Sequence record: AP018399.1
DNA: 64,000 nucleotides
Direction: 5' to 3' (one strand)
Shown here: in pieces, positions 1 through 9,832 of the stretch
Layout of the letters: each line of letters opens with the position of its first letter
Position numbering within the stretch: the stretch's first letter is position 1
The notes under the pieces: model-generated
Databases searched by the model: none
Told to the model about the DNA's origin: nothing
What the model saw: only the letters and a program-made list of their open reading frames with translations
Made by a program: the position numbers and the translations under genes

Positions 1-33
1 CTGCGGAATGATGTTGTTACATACGGTTGGCAT
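1..33 (-). CDS. 5' end of a gene running off the left edge (MPTVCNNIIPQ...)
   Basis: ATG at 33 preceded on the minus strand by AAGGA Shine-Dalgarno, just after the stop of the 48..1634 gene; open to the window edge. Confidence 0.6.
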   Translation of the reverse strand, partial: MPTVCNNIIPQ

Positions 34-47
34 ATTATTCCTTAGTA

Positions 48-1634
48 TTAGCAGAAGCTTAGTTGAGTTCCGCGTTCATTATCAACAACAATGTAGTCGG
101 ACACAATCTGCCATGTACGGTTGCTACCGCTGCTGGCAACTAGCGTTGGGGTCATGTGCATTGTGATAGTAAATGCACGGCTACCAACGTAAATTGTATC
201 GGTCACTGTTTGTGCAGTCGTACCATACACCGTGCGGCTGTAGTTCGTAGAACCAACACCCGCGATGTTCACACGAATGTTGAAGTGATTAGCCGGGGTC
301 GCATTGTAGTATTGCGTGTTGTTTCGAACCGGATTGATAGCAATGGTCTGAGTCGATGTAAAGCTTTGAGCAGTATTACATGCACAGTACGTAGTACACT
401 GGTTATAGTTACCACTACCGCCAGATGAGTTAGTGAAGTATACAAGTGCGCCACCCGGAGAAGTTGCACACATAAATCCAGAACAGTAGCCGCCGTTGAA
501 TCCGTTGTCCGGAGTTACACCCGGAACAATCAAACAAGCTGTTCGTGGTGTAGCTGTAGGTGTCGGAGTTGGTGTAGCTGGCATCGGAGCGTTCTTACAA
601 ATCTGGACGCTTGACTGGTTCGGCGGAATGAATCCCGCAGTCTGGTCTAGTAGCGGACCAACTAGCGTACCATCAGTGCTTGCACACACGCCGTTGTAGT
701 CACCCGAACGTGTTAGGGTGAACGAGTAACCCGCAGGCGGTGCCGGGTTGTTCAGCGTAATGGTGTAGCAAACCTGAGCGCCCGGTAGGATGTTGCCTGA
801 TGGGCTGGCAGAAATGCTTAGTGCGTAGTTGATTTTGCTTGGCGTCGGAGTCGCGGACGGAGCCGGAGTGCTTGTGCGAGTGACAGTAGGCGTCGGAGTC
901 GCAGACACACCCGGAGTCGGAGTGACAGACGGCGTTGGTGACACGACCGGCGTACTTGTACGAGTCGGTGTCGGTGTAGGGGTTGGCGATGGAGCCGGAG
1001 TTGCAGACGGAATCGGCAACTGAGTACCCAAGTTGACATTACCTTTAATGCCGACAATCAGGTAGTTCGCACAACCATAGGTTGGTGTTCCACTTCCTTC
1101 CGGATTGTAGAACATAGTTACATTGGCGTTTTCGTCTGTCAAACACTGCATGTAAGTGAATGTGCTGTCGAATACGAATGGCGAGACAATCCACGAACAT
1201 TCCGAGTAATCGAAAATGTAACCGTGCTGATTGACCGGACGAGGTAGCTGGCTACCGTGGGCGATTACGCCCCAATTGGCGGCAATGTCACCGACCATAC
1301 CCAGAGCAACCCATGAACCGCCGTTGAAAACGAATAGCGATTCCTGAGTGGTGTTGTACCAAAGTTGACCTTCAACCGGCGTCGATAGTAGACGCTTGGT
1401 TGTGTCAGCAATGAATGAGGTCTTGGTTAGGTCCGGAGCGCCGGGTAGTAGTGGGTTTTCTTCACAAGCGAAGTTCTCCAAAATGTGGAGGAAGTTCGCA
1501 TTCATGTCACGACCGTACTCTAGACGCTTTCTACCGAATAGCGAAATGTCAGTGCTTGAGTTGTTGACATTGGACTCTGAAATGGTAATCGGAGTCTTGT
1601 TCTTATTGGTAAATTTAACGTTGTAGTCAGTCAT
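48..1634 (-). CDS. Virion fibre/appendage protein, Pro/Thr-linker family paralog 1 (Cys-rich C-terminal region)
   Basis: Shares the ~200-aa N-terminal domain (FGRxxxxYG..LENFAC, GQxWYN, NWGxxxHGxQLP, ANYLIxG) with five downstream paralogs; PT/PS repeats; late-promoter motif upstream. Structural role is inference. Confidence 0.7.
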   Translation of the reverse strand: MTDYNVKFTNKNKTPITISESNVNNSSTDISLFGRKRLEYGRDMNANFLHILENFACEENPLLPGAPDLTKTSFIADTTKRLLSTPVEGQLWYNTTQESLFVFNGGSWVALGMVGDIAANWGVIAHGSQLPRPVNQHGYIFDYSECSWIVSPFVFDSTFTYMQCLTDENANVTMFYNPEGSGTPTYGCANYLIVGIKGNVNLGTQLPIPSATPAPSPTPTPTPTRTSTPVVSPTPSVTPTPGVSATPTPTVTRTSTPAPSATPTPSKINYALSISASPSGNILPGAQVCYTITLNNPAPPAGYSFTLTRSGDYNGVCASTDGTLVGPLLDQTAGFIPPNQSSVQICKNAPMPATPTPTPTATPRTACLIVPGVTPDNGFNGGYCSGFMCATSPGGALVYFTNSSGGSGNYNQCTTYCACNTAQSFTSTQTIAINPVRNNTQYYNATPANHFNIRVNIAGVGSTNYSRTVYGTTAQTVTDTIYVGSRAFTITMHMTPTLVASSGSNRTWQIVSDYIVVDNERGTQLSFC

Positions 1635-1656
1635 TATGGTGTCTTATCAATAAGTC

Positions 1657-1663
1657 TATTTAT
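1657..1663 (-). promoter_or_regulatory. T4-type late promoter core ATAAATA
   Basis: ATAAATA ~23 nt upstream of the start at 1634; the same motif precedes many structural genes; gp55 is encoded in the window. Confidence 0.65.
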
Positions 1664-1681
1664 GCGGTGAATCTTTACCGT

Positions 1682-2974
1682 TTATAGGCACTCGTTGTTT
1701 AGGCTTAGCTGTACCGTACCAACCGATGCCGTCGAGAATACTACCCCGGTAGATGCTCTACGCATCTGGAATGTACCTGAAATCATTCTCGTTGCTGGCG
1801 TACTTGGTGATGATGCCGTAGTTGTCCAAATGTAATTACGGCCTGTGCCTAGGTTGTACCACACTCCTGCTGTTAGGGAGTTTGGTGGCGAACCAGTGAA
1901 CATGATTTCGAAGTCGCCCGGATTCGGGGCGGAACCCAGCCAGTTACCAGCGTTACCCGGTGGAGCAACGGCCAAGCTTGAGCCTTCGGTAACCTGTCCA
2001 TTAGTTGCGAAGTTGACGAAGTACGAAATTGAACCGGTACCATTACGGGCATAACATGCTCCATCACCATACGAACCACCCAATCCCGGTGGAGTAACTG
2101 GTGGTGGTGTCGGAGCCGGTGTTGAGGATGGACCCGGAGTAGGAGTCGGTGTCACCGTAGCCGCTGGTGTTGAAGATGCGGCCGGTGTTGGCGTCAATGT
2201 AGGCGAAATTGTTGGCTGTGGTGACCCAACCGGAGTGCGAGTACGGGTTGGCGTAATTGTTGGAGTAGCAGCACGAGTTGGTGTCGGAGTCGGAGTTACC
2301 GATGCTTCCGGCGTCATCGTCATTGTCGGAGTCGGTGTAACCGTGAACTCAATAGGCGGAATCGACTGACCAGAGTTGAAGTTACCACGAATACCGATAA
2401 TCAAATAGTTTGCTAGACCGCTGATGGCCGTGTTCGTACCTGAGATACGGTACTTCATGGTCACTACAGCATTGGCATCGGTAGCACAGCTAGCCGCACC
2501 AAGCTTACCGATGTAAGCGGCTGGGGCTACGGACCAGATGCAGTCCTGATAATCAAACACATGACCTGTAATTGGGCTGACAGGCTTAGGAAGCTGCTGT
2601 CCATCCATGATGCTACCCCAATTCGCTGCAACGTATTCACGGAGCGGAATCGGCCACCACACGTCACCACGCCAGTAGTAAACTGTGTCGCGGGTGCTGT
2701 TGAACCATAGCTGGCCGATGGTTGGATTGTGTAGCTGTGTCTTGGACGTTTGGGTCAAATCCGGGGTTGCATCATTGAAGTCGGTCGTCGTAGATGCTTC
2801 CGGGCACGCGAAATTCTCAAGAAGATTTAGCAAATCTTCATCTAGCTTCTCGCCGTATTCTGGATTGATGCGACCAAACAACACCACGTCCAGAGCGGTG
2901 TCGTTGACTTCCGTTTCTGGAACAGTGATTGGGGATACGCTTCGGTCGGTGTGTCTTACGTTATAGTCGGCCAT
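1682..2974 (-). CDS. Virion fibre/appendage protein, Pro/Thr-linker family paralog 2
   Basis: Conserved N-terminal domain, PT-rich linker, ~130-aa C-terminal domain closely similar to that of paralog 3. Confidence 0.7.
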   Translation of the reverse strand: MADYNVRHTDRSVSPITVPETEVNDTALDVVLFGRINPEYGEKLDEDLLNLLENFACPEASTTTDFNDATPDLTQTSKTQLHNPTIGQLWFNSTRDTVYYWRGDVWWPIPLREYVAANWGSIMDGQQLPKPVSPITGHVFDYQDCIWSVAPAAYIGKLGAASCATDANAVVTMKYRISGTNTAISGLANYLIIGIRGNFNSGQSIPPIEFTVTPTPTMTMTPEASVTPTPTPTRAATPTITPTRTRTPVGSPQPTISPTLTPTPAASSTPAATVTPTPTPGPSSTPAPTPPPVTPPGLGGSYGDGACYARNGTGSISYFVNFATNGQVTEGSSLAVAPPGNAGNWLGSAPNPGDFEIMFTGSPPNSLTAGVWYNLGTGRNYIWTTTASSPSTPATRMISGTFQMRRASTGVVFSTASVGTVQLSLNNECL

Positions 2975-2979
2975 CGTGG

Positions 2980-2986
2980 TATTTAT
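2980..2986 (-). promoter_or_regulatory. Late promoter core ATAAATA
   Basis: ATAAATA a few nt upstream of the start at 2974. Confidence 0.5.
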
Positions 2987-2992
2987 CCCCTA

Positions 2993-4288
2993 TTATACAC
3001 ATTCAACGTTCAGACCCAACTGAGTTGACTCTACTTGCGCAGTAGAAATTACCACACCAGTTGATGCTCTACGCATTTGGAATGTACCATTGATGAACTT
3101 GTTTGCTGGGAAGCTTGGCGATGATGCAGTTGTGGTCCAAATGAAGTTTCGACCACTTCCTAGATTATACCAAACGCCTGACGTTGAGCCGGACGGAGCG
3201 GAACCAGAGAACATGATTTCAAAGTCTCCCGGATTCGGGTAGGCTCCGAGCCAATTGCCACGGTTGCCGACAGGAGCCACGGCCAAGCTTGAGCCTTCGG
3301 TAATCTTACCGTCACTACCGAAGTTGACGAAGTACGAAATTGAACCGGTACCATTACGTACATAACATCCGCCACCGTAGTCACCGCCGAAGCCCGGTGG
3401 GTTGGCTGGTGGTGGCGAAGGAGCCGGAGTATTTGACGGAGCCGGTGTCGGTGTAGCAGACGGTGGCGGTGTCGAAGACACAACTGGCGTACTTGATGGA
3501 CCCGGTGTTGGCGTCAATGTAGGCGACACAGTAGGAGCCGGTGTTGACGATGGGGCCGGAGTCGGTGTCACAGACGGCGACGGTGTACGTGTGCGTGTCA
3601 CGGTCGGTGTCGGTGTAGCAGTAGCCGTTGGTGTCGGTGTTGGTGTCATCGTAGCAGTCGGTGAGGGAGCCGGAGGCGTCGGCCACGGACCAGACGACAT
3701 ACCAGAACCCTTCACACCAATAATCAAATAATTGGCTAGACCACTAACAATGGTGTTCGTTCCACCTAGACGGTATTGCATCGTAACGGTCGCCTGAGCG
3801 TCGGTGGCGCAAGCCACGTAGCCAATTTTACCTACGAATATAGACGGTGCCACAGACCAGATACATTCCTCATATGGGAACACGTATCCGGAAATCGGGC
3901 TGACCGGGCGGGGAAGCTGCTGGCCGTGTAGAACCTGTCCCCAATTTGCTGCAACGTCTTCGCGAGAAGTCGAAGGCGACCATTCGGTACCAGTCCAGAA
4001 ATGGATTAGCTGATTAGTGCTATTGAACCATAGCTGACCAATCGTTGGATTGGATAGTTGGTCGTTACTTGTTTCTGACAGGTCAGGAGTAGGTGTAGCA
4101 GCATCTTCAACGGCAGGACATGCAAAGTTCTCAAGAACGTTCAATAGGTCTTCGTTTAGACGCTCACCATATTCAAGGCGAATCTTACCGAACAGAGCAA
4201 CGTCAAGAGAAGTGCTATCAACACGCTTCTCTTGAACGTCGATGCTTGGTGCGTCAATGTCAGTTCGATTTACGATATAGTCAGCCAT
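2993..4288 (-). CDS. Virion fibre/appendage protein, Pro/Thr-linker family paralog 3
   Basis: Same architecture; C-terminal CYVRNGTGSISYFVNF...GNWLG domain shared with paralog 2. Confidence 0.7.
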   Translation of the reverse strand: MADYIVNRTDIDAPSIDVQEKRVDSTSLDVALFGKIRLEYGERLNEDLLNVLENFACPAVEDAATPTPDLSETSNDQLSNPTIGQLWFNSTNQLIHFWTGTEWSPSTSREDVAANWGQVLHGQQLPRPVSPISGYVFPYEECIWSVAPSIFVGKIGYVACATDAQATVTMQYRLGGTNTIVSGLANYLIIGVKGSGMSSGPWPTPPAPSPTATMTPTPTPTATATPTPTVTRTRTPSPSVTPTPAPSSTPAPTVSPTLTPTPGPSSTPVVSSTPPPSATPTPAPSNTPAPSPPPANPPGFGGDYGGGCYVRNGTGSISYFVNFGSDGKITEGSSLAVAPVGNRGNWLGAYPNPGDFEIMFSGSAPSGSTSGVWYNLGSGRNFIWTTTASSPSFPANKFINGTFQMRRASTGVVISTAQVESTQLGLNVECV

Positions 4289-4303
4289 TAATCTATTTAC
4301 CTA

Positions 4304-5608
4304 TTAACACGAACCAATTGATGGCGAGAACGACCAGTTAGCCGATAGAGTACCCTGTGCGGCGTTACTGTTACCGGTACTCTTGTACCAGTTGACATTG
4401 ACTGTCATTGTGAATGTCTGACCGTTGACGGTGAACGGAACGTAGTGCGTTTCCGCAGCACTGACCGATGCGTTAGTGTTCATACGAACGAACACTTCTT
4501 GGTCACCGGTTGTTGCACCGTTCGAAGCTGACACGCGGACAACGAAACGCACCGATGGGTGAGTGTTACCCATGTTTGCGTAAACACGAATCACGTTACC
4601 GGTAGCCGAGTGCGATGTGGTATTCGTGCCCGGTGCGCAGTATCCCGGTGCTGGGCTTGAGTTCGTTGACGATGCTCGTAGTGGTGTCCACACCACTCCT
4701 GAGTCACCGTAGCCCATGCAGAACGACGATACTGTTCGGCAGTACGATACTGTTGGTGCTGGTGTTGGCGTTGGTGGTACAGATGGAGCCGGTGTACCGG
4801 TTGGTGCAGCAGTTGGAGATACAGCCGGTGTCGAAGTTACAGCCGCAGTTGGTGTCGGTGTTGACGAAACTGCTGGTGTTGGTGTCGGTGTTGGCTGAGC
4901 CGTAATCGTCGGAGTAACCGATGGTGTCGGAGTATTCGTCGGAGCCGGTGTAGTCGATACCGATGGTGTCGGTGTTGGCGATGGCTGGATTGGTGGCAGA
5001 ATTACGCCACTGTTCACGTTGCCAGTGATACCGACAATCAAATAGTTTGCGATTCCGTTGACGAAACCCTGAGTATTCGCGTAACGATACTGCATGGTGA
5101 CGTTAGCCACCGCGTCAGTATTACAGTTCAGAGAGTCAATAGTACCGTTGATATTCGCAGGAGCAACCGACCAGATACATTCGTCATAATCGAAAATATG
5201 ACCCTGCTGGTTTACTGGTTTCGGTAGCTGCTGGCCGTGTAGAACCTGTCCCCAATTTGCTGCGTATGTACCGCGCATAGGAACGGGAACCCACTTGGTT
5301 CCATCGTAAAAGTAGATGTTCTCGCGAGTCGAGTTGTACCAGAACTGCCCTTCAATCGGGTTGTTTAGCTGATTCTTGGAAACCTGTGTCAAGTCCGGGA
5401 AGGCATCCGCTTCCGAAGTGGAAAGCGGAGACTCCGGACAGGCGAAGTTCTCAAGAATATTCAGCAAGTCCTCGTTTACTTCCTCACCATAGTTTTGGAA
5501 GATGCGGCCGAATAGAGTCACGTCCACCGTATCACGAAGCACTGTATCTTCCGGTACCGTGATTGGGTTCTTGGTTGCGTCAGTGAAATTAACGTTGTAA
5601 TCAGTCAT
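4304..5608 (-). CDS. Virion fibre/appendage protein, Pro/Thr-linker family paralog 4
   Basis: Conserved N-terminal domain, PT linker, beta-rich C-terminal domain resembling the end of paralog 1. Confidence 0.7.
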   Translation of the reverse strand: MTDYNVNFTDATKNPITVPEDTVLRDTVDVTLFGRIFQNYGEEVNEDLLNILENFACPESPLSTSEADAFPDLTQVSKNQLNNPIEGQFWYNSTRENIYFYDGTKWVPVPMRGTYAANWGQVLHGQQLPKPVNQQGHIFDYDECIWSVAPANINGTIDSLNCNTDAVANVTMQYRYANTQGFVNGIANYLIVGITGNVNSGVILPPIQPSPTPTPSVSTTPAPTNTPTPSVTPTITAQPTPTPTPAVSSTPTPTAAVTSTPAVSPTAAPTGTPAPSVPPTPTPAPTVSYCRTVSSFCMGYGDSGVVWTPLRASSTNSSPAPGYCAPGTNTTSHSATGNVIRVYANMGNTHPSVRFVVRVSASNGATTGDQEVFVRMNTNASVSAAETHYVPFTVNGQTFTMTVNVNWYKSTGNSNAAQGTLSANWSFSPSIGSC

Positions 5609-5619
5609 TGGTTACTCCG

Positions 5620-7860
5620 TTAGGTTGGTGTCACGGTTGGGGTAATCGTTGGTGTAGGTGTCATTTCAGGTGTAACTGACGGGGTTACATCAGGTGTAAG
5701 TGACGGAGTTACATCAGGTGTAAGTGACGGAGTTACATCAGGTGTAACTGACGGAGTTACATCAGGTGTAACTGACGGAGTTACATCAGGTGTAACTGAC
5801 GGAGTTACATCAGGTGTAACTGACGGTGTTGGTGAAGGTGTTGGTGTTGGTGCTGGTAGGTTTGGTACCACGAAGGCGACTTCCGTTACCGGACGTGGGC
5901 TTGGGATTACCGCAATAGTTCCAGCCTGAGCAAAACCTGTACTTCCATCGTATGTCAACGCATTCATGACCGTGGCTGTTGGGTTAGTGATATCCAACGC
6001 TAGAACACGGTTGTCGTATGAAGCAATTGAGTTTGGTGACGATACAGCGAACGGCTTGTTGATGGTATCAGACTGTTCAACCGATAGAGCCGAACCACTT
6101 AGAATAATAGACTCAAACGTGGTTGTGGTTGTTGAACCTGTCGGACGGTAAGCAAGCATTAGGATACCAGTCGAGATATCGAACTGGATTGCTGCTAGGT
6201 TGTCCGTAACAGTGTCGTAGTCTAGGGCGTCAGAGAATAGCAAGCCTGAACCCGGAACGTAATTGTAAGCGATTAGTTCATTATCACTTGAAGCGTAGGC
6301 AATGAATGTAGCATCACGGACAGCCAAGTTGTTCGTACCATTCGGGATGTTAATCGGTGCGCCATCAACTGTGAAGCTCGTACCGTTGAACACTAGAACC
6401 GACAACTTATGTGTTGTTGCAACGTCACTTGCCGCAGTTACAACCAAGATTGTGCTGATGCCTAGCGTGTGGATGCCTAGAACGATTTCATCATTGAAGT
6501 CATACGTACCGGCACGAGTGAAGCCCGTTCCGGAGAATGTGTACGCCGACACTTGCGAATTGAAATCGGTTGGAGCGGCGGTAAAGTCGTTGTCACCACT
6601 GTAAACGTATAGTGAGTCCTGCGTCACGTACTGTGGCTTGTAGTCCAGAGTTGATGCATCGACGCTGGCGTAGTTGTATAGACCGACACCAAGGTTCACA
6701 CCGAAGGCCGCAATACCGTTGTCGTTAGCAGCTAGGTATGATGACCCGAACATGCTACCAACACGCGATAGAGTTGGTTCAACGCCAAATAGATTGTCAT
6801 CGTAGAAGGCAGTCTGAGTGAAGGTGTCGAACGTATTGTCCAACTTCAACTTACGCACATAGTACGCTTCACCGTCGTAGCTAACGTCGGCCGGACGTAG
6901 AGCAACAGCGAAGATGCTTCCGTCATTGATAGGAGCCGAAGGTGTGACAGACGGAGTAACCGTAGCCGTTGGAGTTACGGTTGGAGTAGTCGTAGCTGTT
7001 GGAGTTACAGTCTGAGTTGGTGTAACAGTTGGCGTATCGCTCGGAGGCGGTGTATTTGTTGGGGTCGGAGTTACCGACACGCCCGGTGTAGCCGACAACG
7101 TAGGTGTCGGCGTGATTGTAGCCGTAGCCGTCACGGTTACCGTTGGGGTAATCGTTGGGGTGATGGTCACAGTCATTGTTGGAGTTGGTGTCGGTGTTGG
7201 CGAGCCAATCGGAGTCGAGGTAGGAGCCTGTGACGACTGGCAATCAATCGTACCGATATTGGTATTGCTGCGAATACCAATAATCTGGTAATTCACGTAA
7301 CCGTCGTTTAGTCCAATCTGACCTTCAAGGCGATACTGCATTGTAACCTTAGCAACCGGGTCGCTAAAACAATGCATGAAGTCGATTTCAGAAGGGATGC
7401 TGAACGGCGAAACCGTCCAAGTACATTCGTCTAGAGTGAAGTTGTAACCATCCTGACCGATTGGAAGCGGTAGGAACTGGCCGTGGGCGATAACACCCGA
7501 GTTACCGCCAATGTCGTTTATGCTGGAAAGGGCACGCCATGTGCCAATCGAAGTATAAACGAATGGCTTATTCTGGGTCTTGTTGTACCAAATCTGACCG
7601 GTTGTTGGGTTCTCTAGGAGTGTGCCGTAAGCACGAGTCAGGTCAGGATTGCCGGGATTACCCGGTTCTTCCGGGCACGCAAAATGCTCAAGAACATGCA
7701 ATAGGTTCTCGTTAAAGATTTCACCGTACTCTAGACGGGTCTTACCGATTAGAGCAATGTCTAGTTCATCGGTAATAAGGGCCGACTTCTGAATCTGAAT
7801 CGTGCCTTTGTCTAGGTTGGTGTAGTAAATTACGTATGCATTATCTGCGCAGTTAGCCAT
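5620..7860 (-). CDS. Virion fibre/appendage protein, Pro/Thr-linker family paralog 5 (large beta-rich central domain, terminal PT repeats)
   Basis: Conserved N-terminal domain, PT linker, ~360-aa beta-strand-rich domain, C-terminal PSVTPDVT tandem repeats. Confidence 0.7.
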   Translation of the reverse strand: MANCADNAYVIYYTNLDKGTIQIQKSALITDELDIALIGKTRLEYGEIFNENLLHVLEHFACPEEPGNPGNPDLTRAYGTLLENPTTGQIWYNKTQNKPFVYTSIGTWRALSSINDIGGNSGVIAHGQFLPLPIGQDGYNFTLDECTWTVSPFSIPSEIDFMHCFSDPVAKVTMQYRLEGQIGLNDGYVNYQIIGIRSNTNIGTIDCQSSQAPTSTPIGSPTPTPTPTMTVTITPTITPTVTVTATATITPTPTLSATPGVSVTPTPTNTPPPSDTPTVTPTQTVTPTATTTPTVTPTATVTPSVTPSAPINDGSIFAVALRPADVSYDGEAYYVRKLKLDNTFDTFTQTAFYDDNLFGVEPTLSRVGSMFGSSYLAANDNGIAAFGVNLGVGLYNYASVDASTLDYKPQYVTQDSLYVYSGDNDFTAAPTDFNSQVSAYTFSGTGFTRAGTYDFNDEIVLGIHTLGISTILVVTAASDVATTHKLSVLVFNGTSFTVDGAPINIPNGTNNLAVRDATFIAYASSDNELIAYNYVPGSGLLFSDALDYDTVTDNLAAIQFDISTGILMLAYRPTGSTTTTTFESIILSGSALSVEQSDTINKPFAVSSPNSIASYDNRVLALDITNPTATVMNALTYDGSTGFAQAGTIAVIPSPRPVTEVAFVVPNLPAPTPTPSPTPSVTPDVTPSVTPDVTPSVTPDVTPSVTPDVTPSLTPDVTPSLTPDVTPSVTPEMTPTPTITPTVTPT
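5668..5826. repeat. 24-bp coding tandem repeat (6 full + 1 partial copy) encoding PS(V/L)TPDVT
   Basis: Unit aggtgtaa(c/g)tgacgg(a/g)gttacatc repeated head-to-tail from 5668, in frame within the 5620..7860 ORF. Confidence 0.95.
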
Positions 7861-7881
7861 CTTGATTTCCGAATATCGTTC

Positions 7882-7888
7882 TATTTAT
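7882..7888 (-). promoter_or_regulatory. Late promoter core ATAAATA
   Basis: ATAAATA ~22 nt upstream of the start at 7860. Confidence 0.6.
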
Positions 7889-7898
7889 CCCGTCACAG

Positions 7899-9104
7899 TT
7901 AGGTTACGGTCAGTGTTACGGTGCAAGTATCCATGATGAAGTTATCGACATTGCGCATGATTTCAATCAAGAAAGTAGTTGTACCATTTGCCAATTCCCA
8001 CGTTCTATTTGTGGCACAGTTCAACCATGCATCCATGATACCGGTCGGGGTCGAACCACTGATGCGGGTCGCACGGACGGAGTAGTTGGCCGGGTCATCG
8101 TTGAATAGCCACTGGCTAGGAACGTTCATTCCCTCTTGGTCATAAACAATTACGATGCCAGTATTCAGGACCGAATAGCCTACCGGAGTTGAACGGCTGA
8201 CATTCTGGTCGTAGATATCCACATACTTTGGTGGCGGCAAGCTTGGCGTAATTGTGGCCGTGATTGTCGGGGTTGGAGTAGGGGTCGGTGTGTTTGTACG
8301 TGAGATTGACGGCACTGGCGTCTCTGTACGGGTCACAGTTGGGGTCGGTGTAGCCGAACGGGTCTGACCCGGTGTACGGGTCACAGTCGGCGTTACAGTC
8401 GGCGATACGCCCGGTGTCTTGGACGGTGTGACCGTAGGAGTCAAGGTTGGGGTTGGAGTCAATCCCGGCACGTTCGGTGTTGGGAATGGAACACCGTGAT
8501 TCTTCGTATCGCGGATACCGATAATCTGGTAGGTGGCATAGCCATTCAACAGGGCCGGATTACCAGCACGGCGATACTGCATGTTCACACGGGCAACGGA
8601 ATCCGTGTAACAGGATAGGAAAATGATACGTTCCGGTTCCGAGAAACCAAACGGAGAAACTACCCAAGAACATTCGGAGTAGTCGTAAGTGTAACCATCA
8701 ATGCTGACTGGACGCGGTAGCTGCTGGCCGTGGAGAATGACACCAGAGTTACCAGCAACCGTGTCATTTTGTTCAAATCCAATCCAACTAATACCGTTCC
8801 AAACGGCCGGTGAACCCTTGGTCTTGTTGTACCAAATCTGACCGACAGTAGGCTTTGACAATAGCGGAGCAATGACACCTGATAGCAGCGGGAAGCCAGC
8901 CTTGTTAGGGTCTTCCGGTGCAGCGTAGTGTTCCAACAGGTGAAGGACGTTCTCATTGAACACTTCACCATATTCAAGCCGGTTCTTACCAATGTAGACG
9001 ATATCGCCGGACGTTGTTACGACCGATGAGCGGGGTACGATGATTGGCGTCTTGTCTTCTTTTGTGTAGTAGACTTGGTAGCGTAGGCTTGGATTGCTGC
9101 TCAT
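7899..9104 (-). CDS. Virion fibre/appendage protein, Pro/Thr-linker family paralog 6
   Basis: Conserved N-terminal domain (IGKNRLEYGEVFNENVLHLLEHYA, GQIWYNKT), PT linker, C-terminal domain distantly like paralogs 2/3. Confidence 0.7.
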   Translation of the reverse strand: MSSNPSLRYQVYYTKEDKTPIIVPRSSVVTTSGDIVYIGKNRLEYGEVFNENVLHLLEHYAAPEDPNKAGFPLLSGVIAPLLSKPTVGQIWYNKTKGSPAVWNGISWIGFEQNDTVAGNSGVILHGQQLPRPVSIDGYTYDYSECSWVVSPFGFSEPERIIFLSCYTDSVARVNMQYRRAGNPALLNGYATYQIIGIRDTKNHGVPFPTPNVPGLTPTPTLTPTVTPSKTPGVSPTVTPTVTRTPGQTRSATPTPTVTRTETPVPSISRTNTPTPTPTPTITATITPSLPPPKYVDIYDQNVSRSTPVGYSVLNTGIVIVYDQEGMNVPSQWLFNDDPANYSVRATRISGSTPTGIMDAWLNCATNRTWELANGTTTFLIEIMRNVDNFIMDTCTVTLTVT

Positions 9105-9130
9105 TAAGGTTCAGGTCTGATAGATTCTAA

Positions 9131-9137
9131 TATTTAT
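9131..9137 (-). promoter_or_regulatory. Late promoter core ATAAATA
   Basis: ATAAATA ~27 nt upstream of the start at 9104, at the head of the paralog array. Confidence 0.65.
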
Positions 9138-9142
9138 GCCTA

Positions 9143-9832
9143 TCAGATTTTAAATTCTTCCACAATGGAGCGCATCAGTGCCACCGATTCCGGGTCTTCA
9201 TTGAATCGGTTACGCCACATTTTGTGGCTAATCACGGTATTGATGAGGATTCTCTGTTCCGGAGTAGTGTCGGTTCGTATGTGAGTCATGAAGCCGTTGC
9301 TGAACAATAGAAGCCACGGACTCAGCTTGCGAGCCGTTACCAGACGCATGATATCGGCCGAGGTCATGTGTTCGAACACTTCCCCCGGCTCACACTCAAA
9401 GATTTCAGACAGGTCGAAGATGGTACTCATGGTAATCTCGGCCATCTGTTTCGGCGTCTTGGAAACGTCGAAGTGACGGATGTACTCTTCGTACACATCG
9501 GGCATGACCCAATGCGTTGGCATCAAGCCCTTGTCCACCATGAATTCGACATAGTGCTTCCTGTCAGGCACGCCAACACGGTTGCAAAACTTCACGAACT
9601 CCACAAAACTGTTAAAGTATTTGGAATTCATGAAGGTGTCTTGGTCCTTCACCTGTCTACCTTGGAAGTTCATCCATGCCTTGTAGCAGTAGAAAGCGGA
9701 CTTTCCCTTCATGGTTTGAAGGTATTCGTACCGCTTCTTCTCTTCGCAGTTATGCTTGGCTAGACGTGCTTCGGTGGTAAGCTTCTTACAGCAGTGAGGA
9801 CACTCAAAGAAGGGCTTTACACGTTCCGTCAT
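9143..9832 (-). CDS. Hypothetical protein with N-terminal C2H2-like zinc finger
   Basis: FECPHCCKKLTTEARLAKHNC motif; ATGA overlap with the upstream clamp-loader gene. Confidence 0.65.
   Translation of the reverse strand: MTERVKPFFECPHCCKKLTTEARLAKHNCEEKKRYEYLQTMKGKSAFYCYKAWMNFQGRQVKDQDTFMNSKYFNSFVEFVKFCNRVGVPDRKHYVEFMVDKGLMPTHWVMPDVYEEYIRHFDVSKTPKQMAEITMSTIFDLSEIFECEPGEVFEHMTSADIMRLVTARKLSPWLLLFSNGFMTHIRTDTTPEQRILINTVISHKMWRNRFNEDPESVALMRSIVEEFKI

Noticed and set aside
5668-5826. 24-bp repeats as a CRISPR array
   Set aside because: Head-to-tail with no spacers, in frame within a CDS, no cas genes
156-7243. Many short antisense and off-frame ORFs (GVGVGV-type) over the paralog array
   Set aside because: Shadow ORFs produced by Pro/Thr codon repeats that lack stops in other frames
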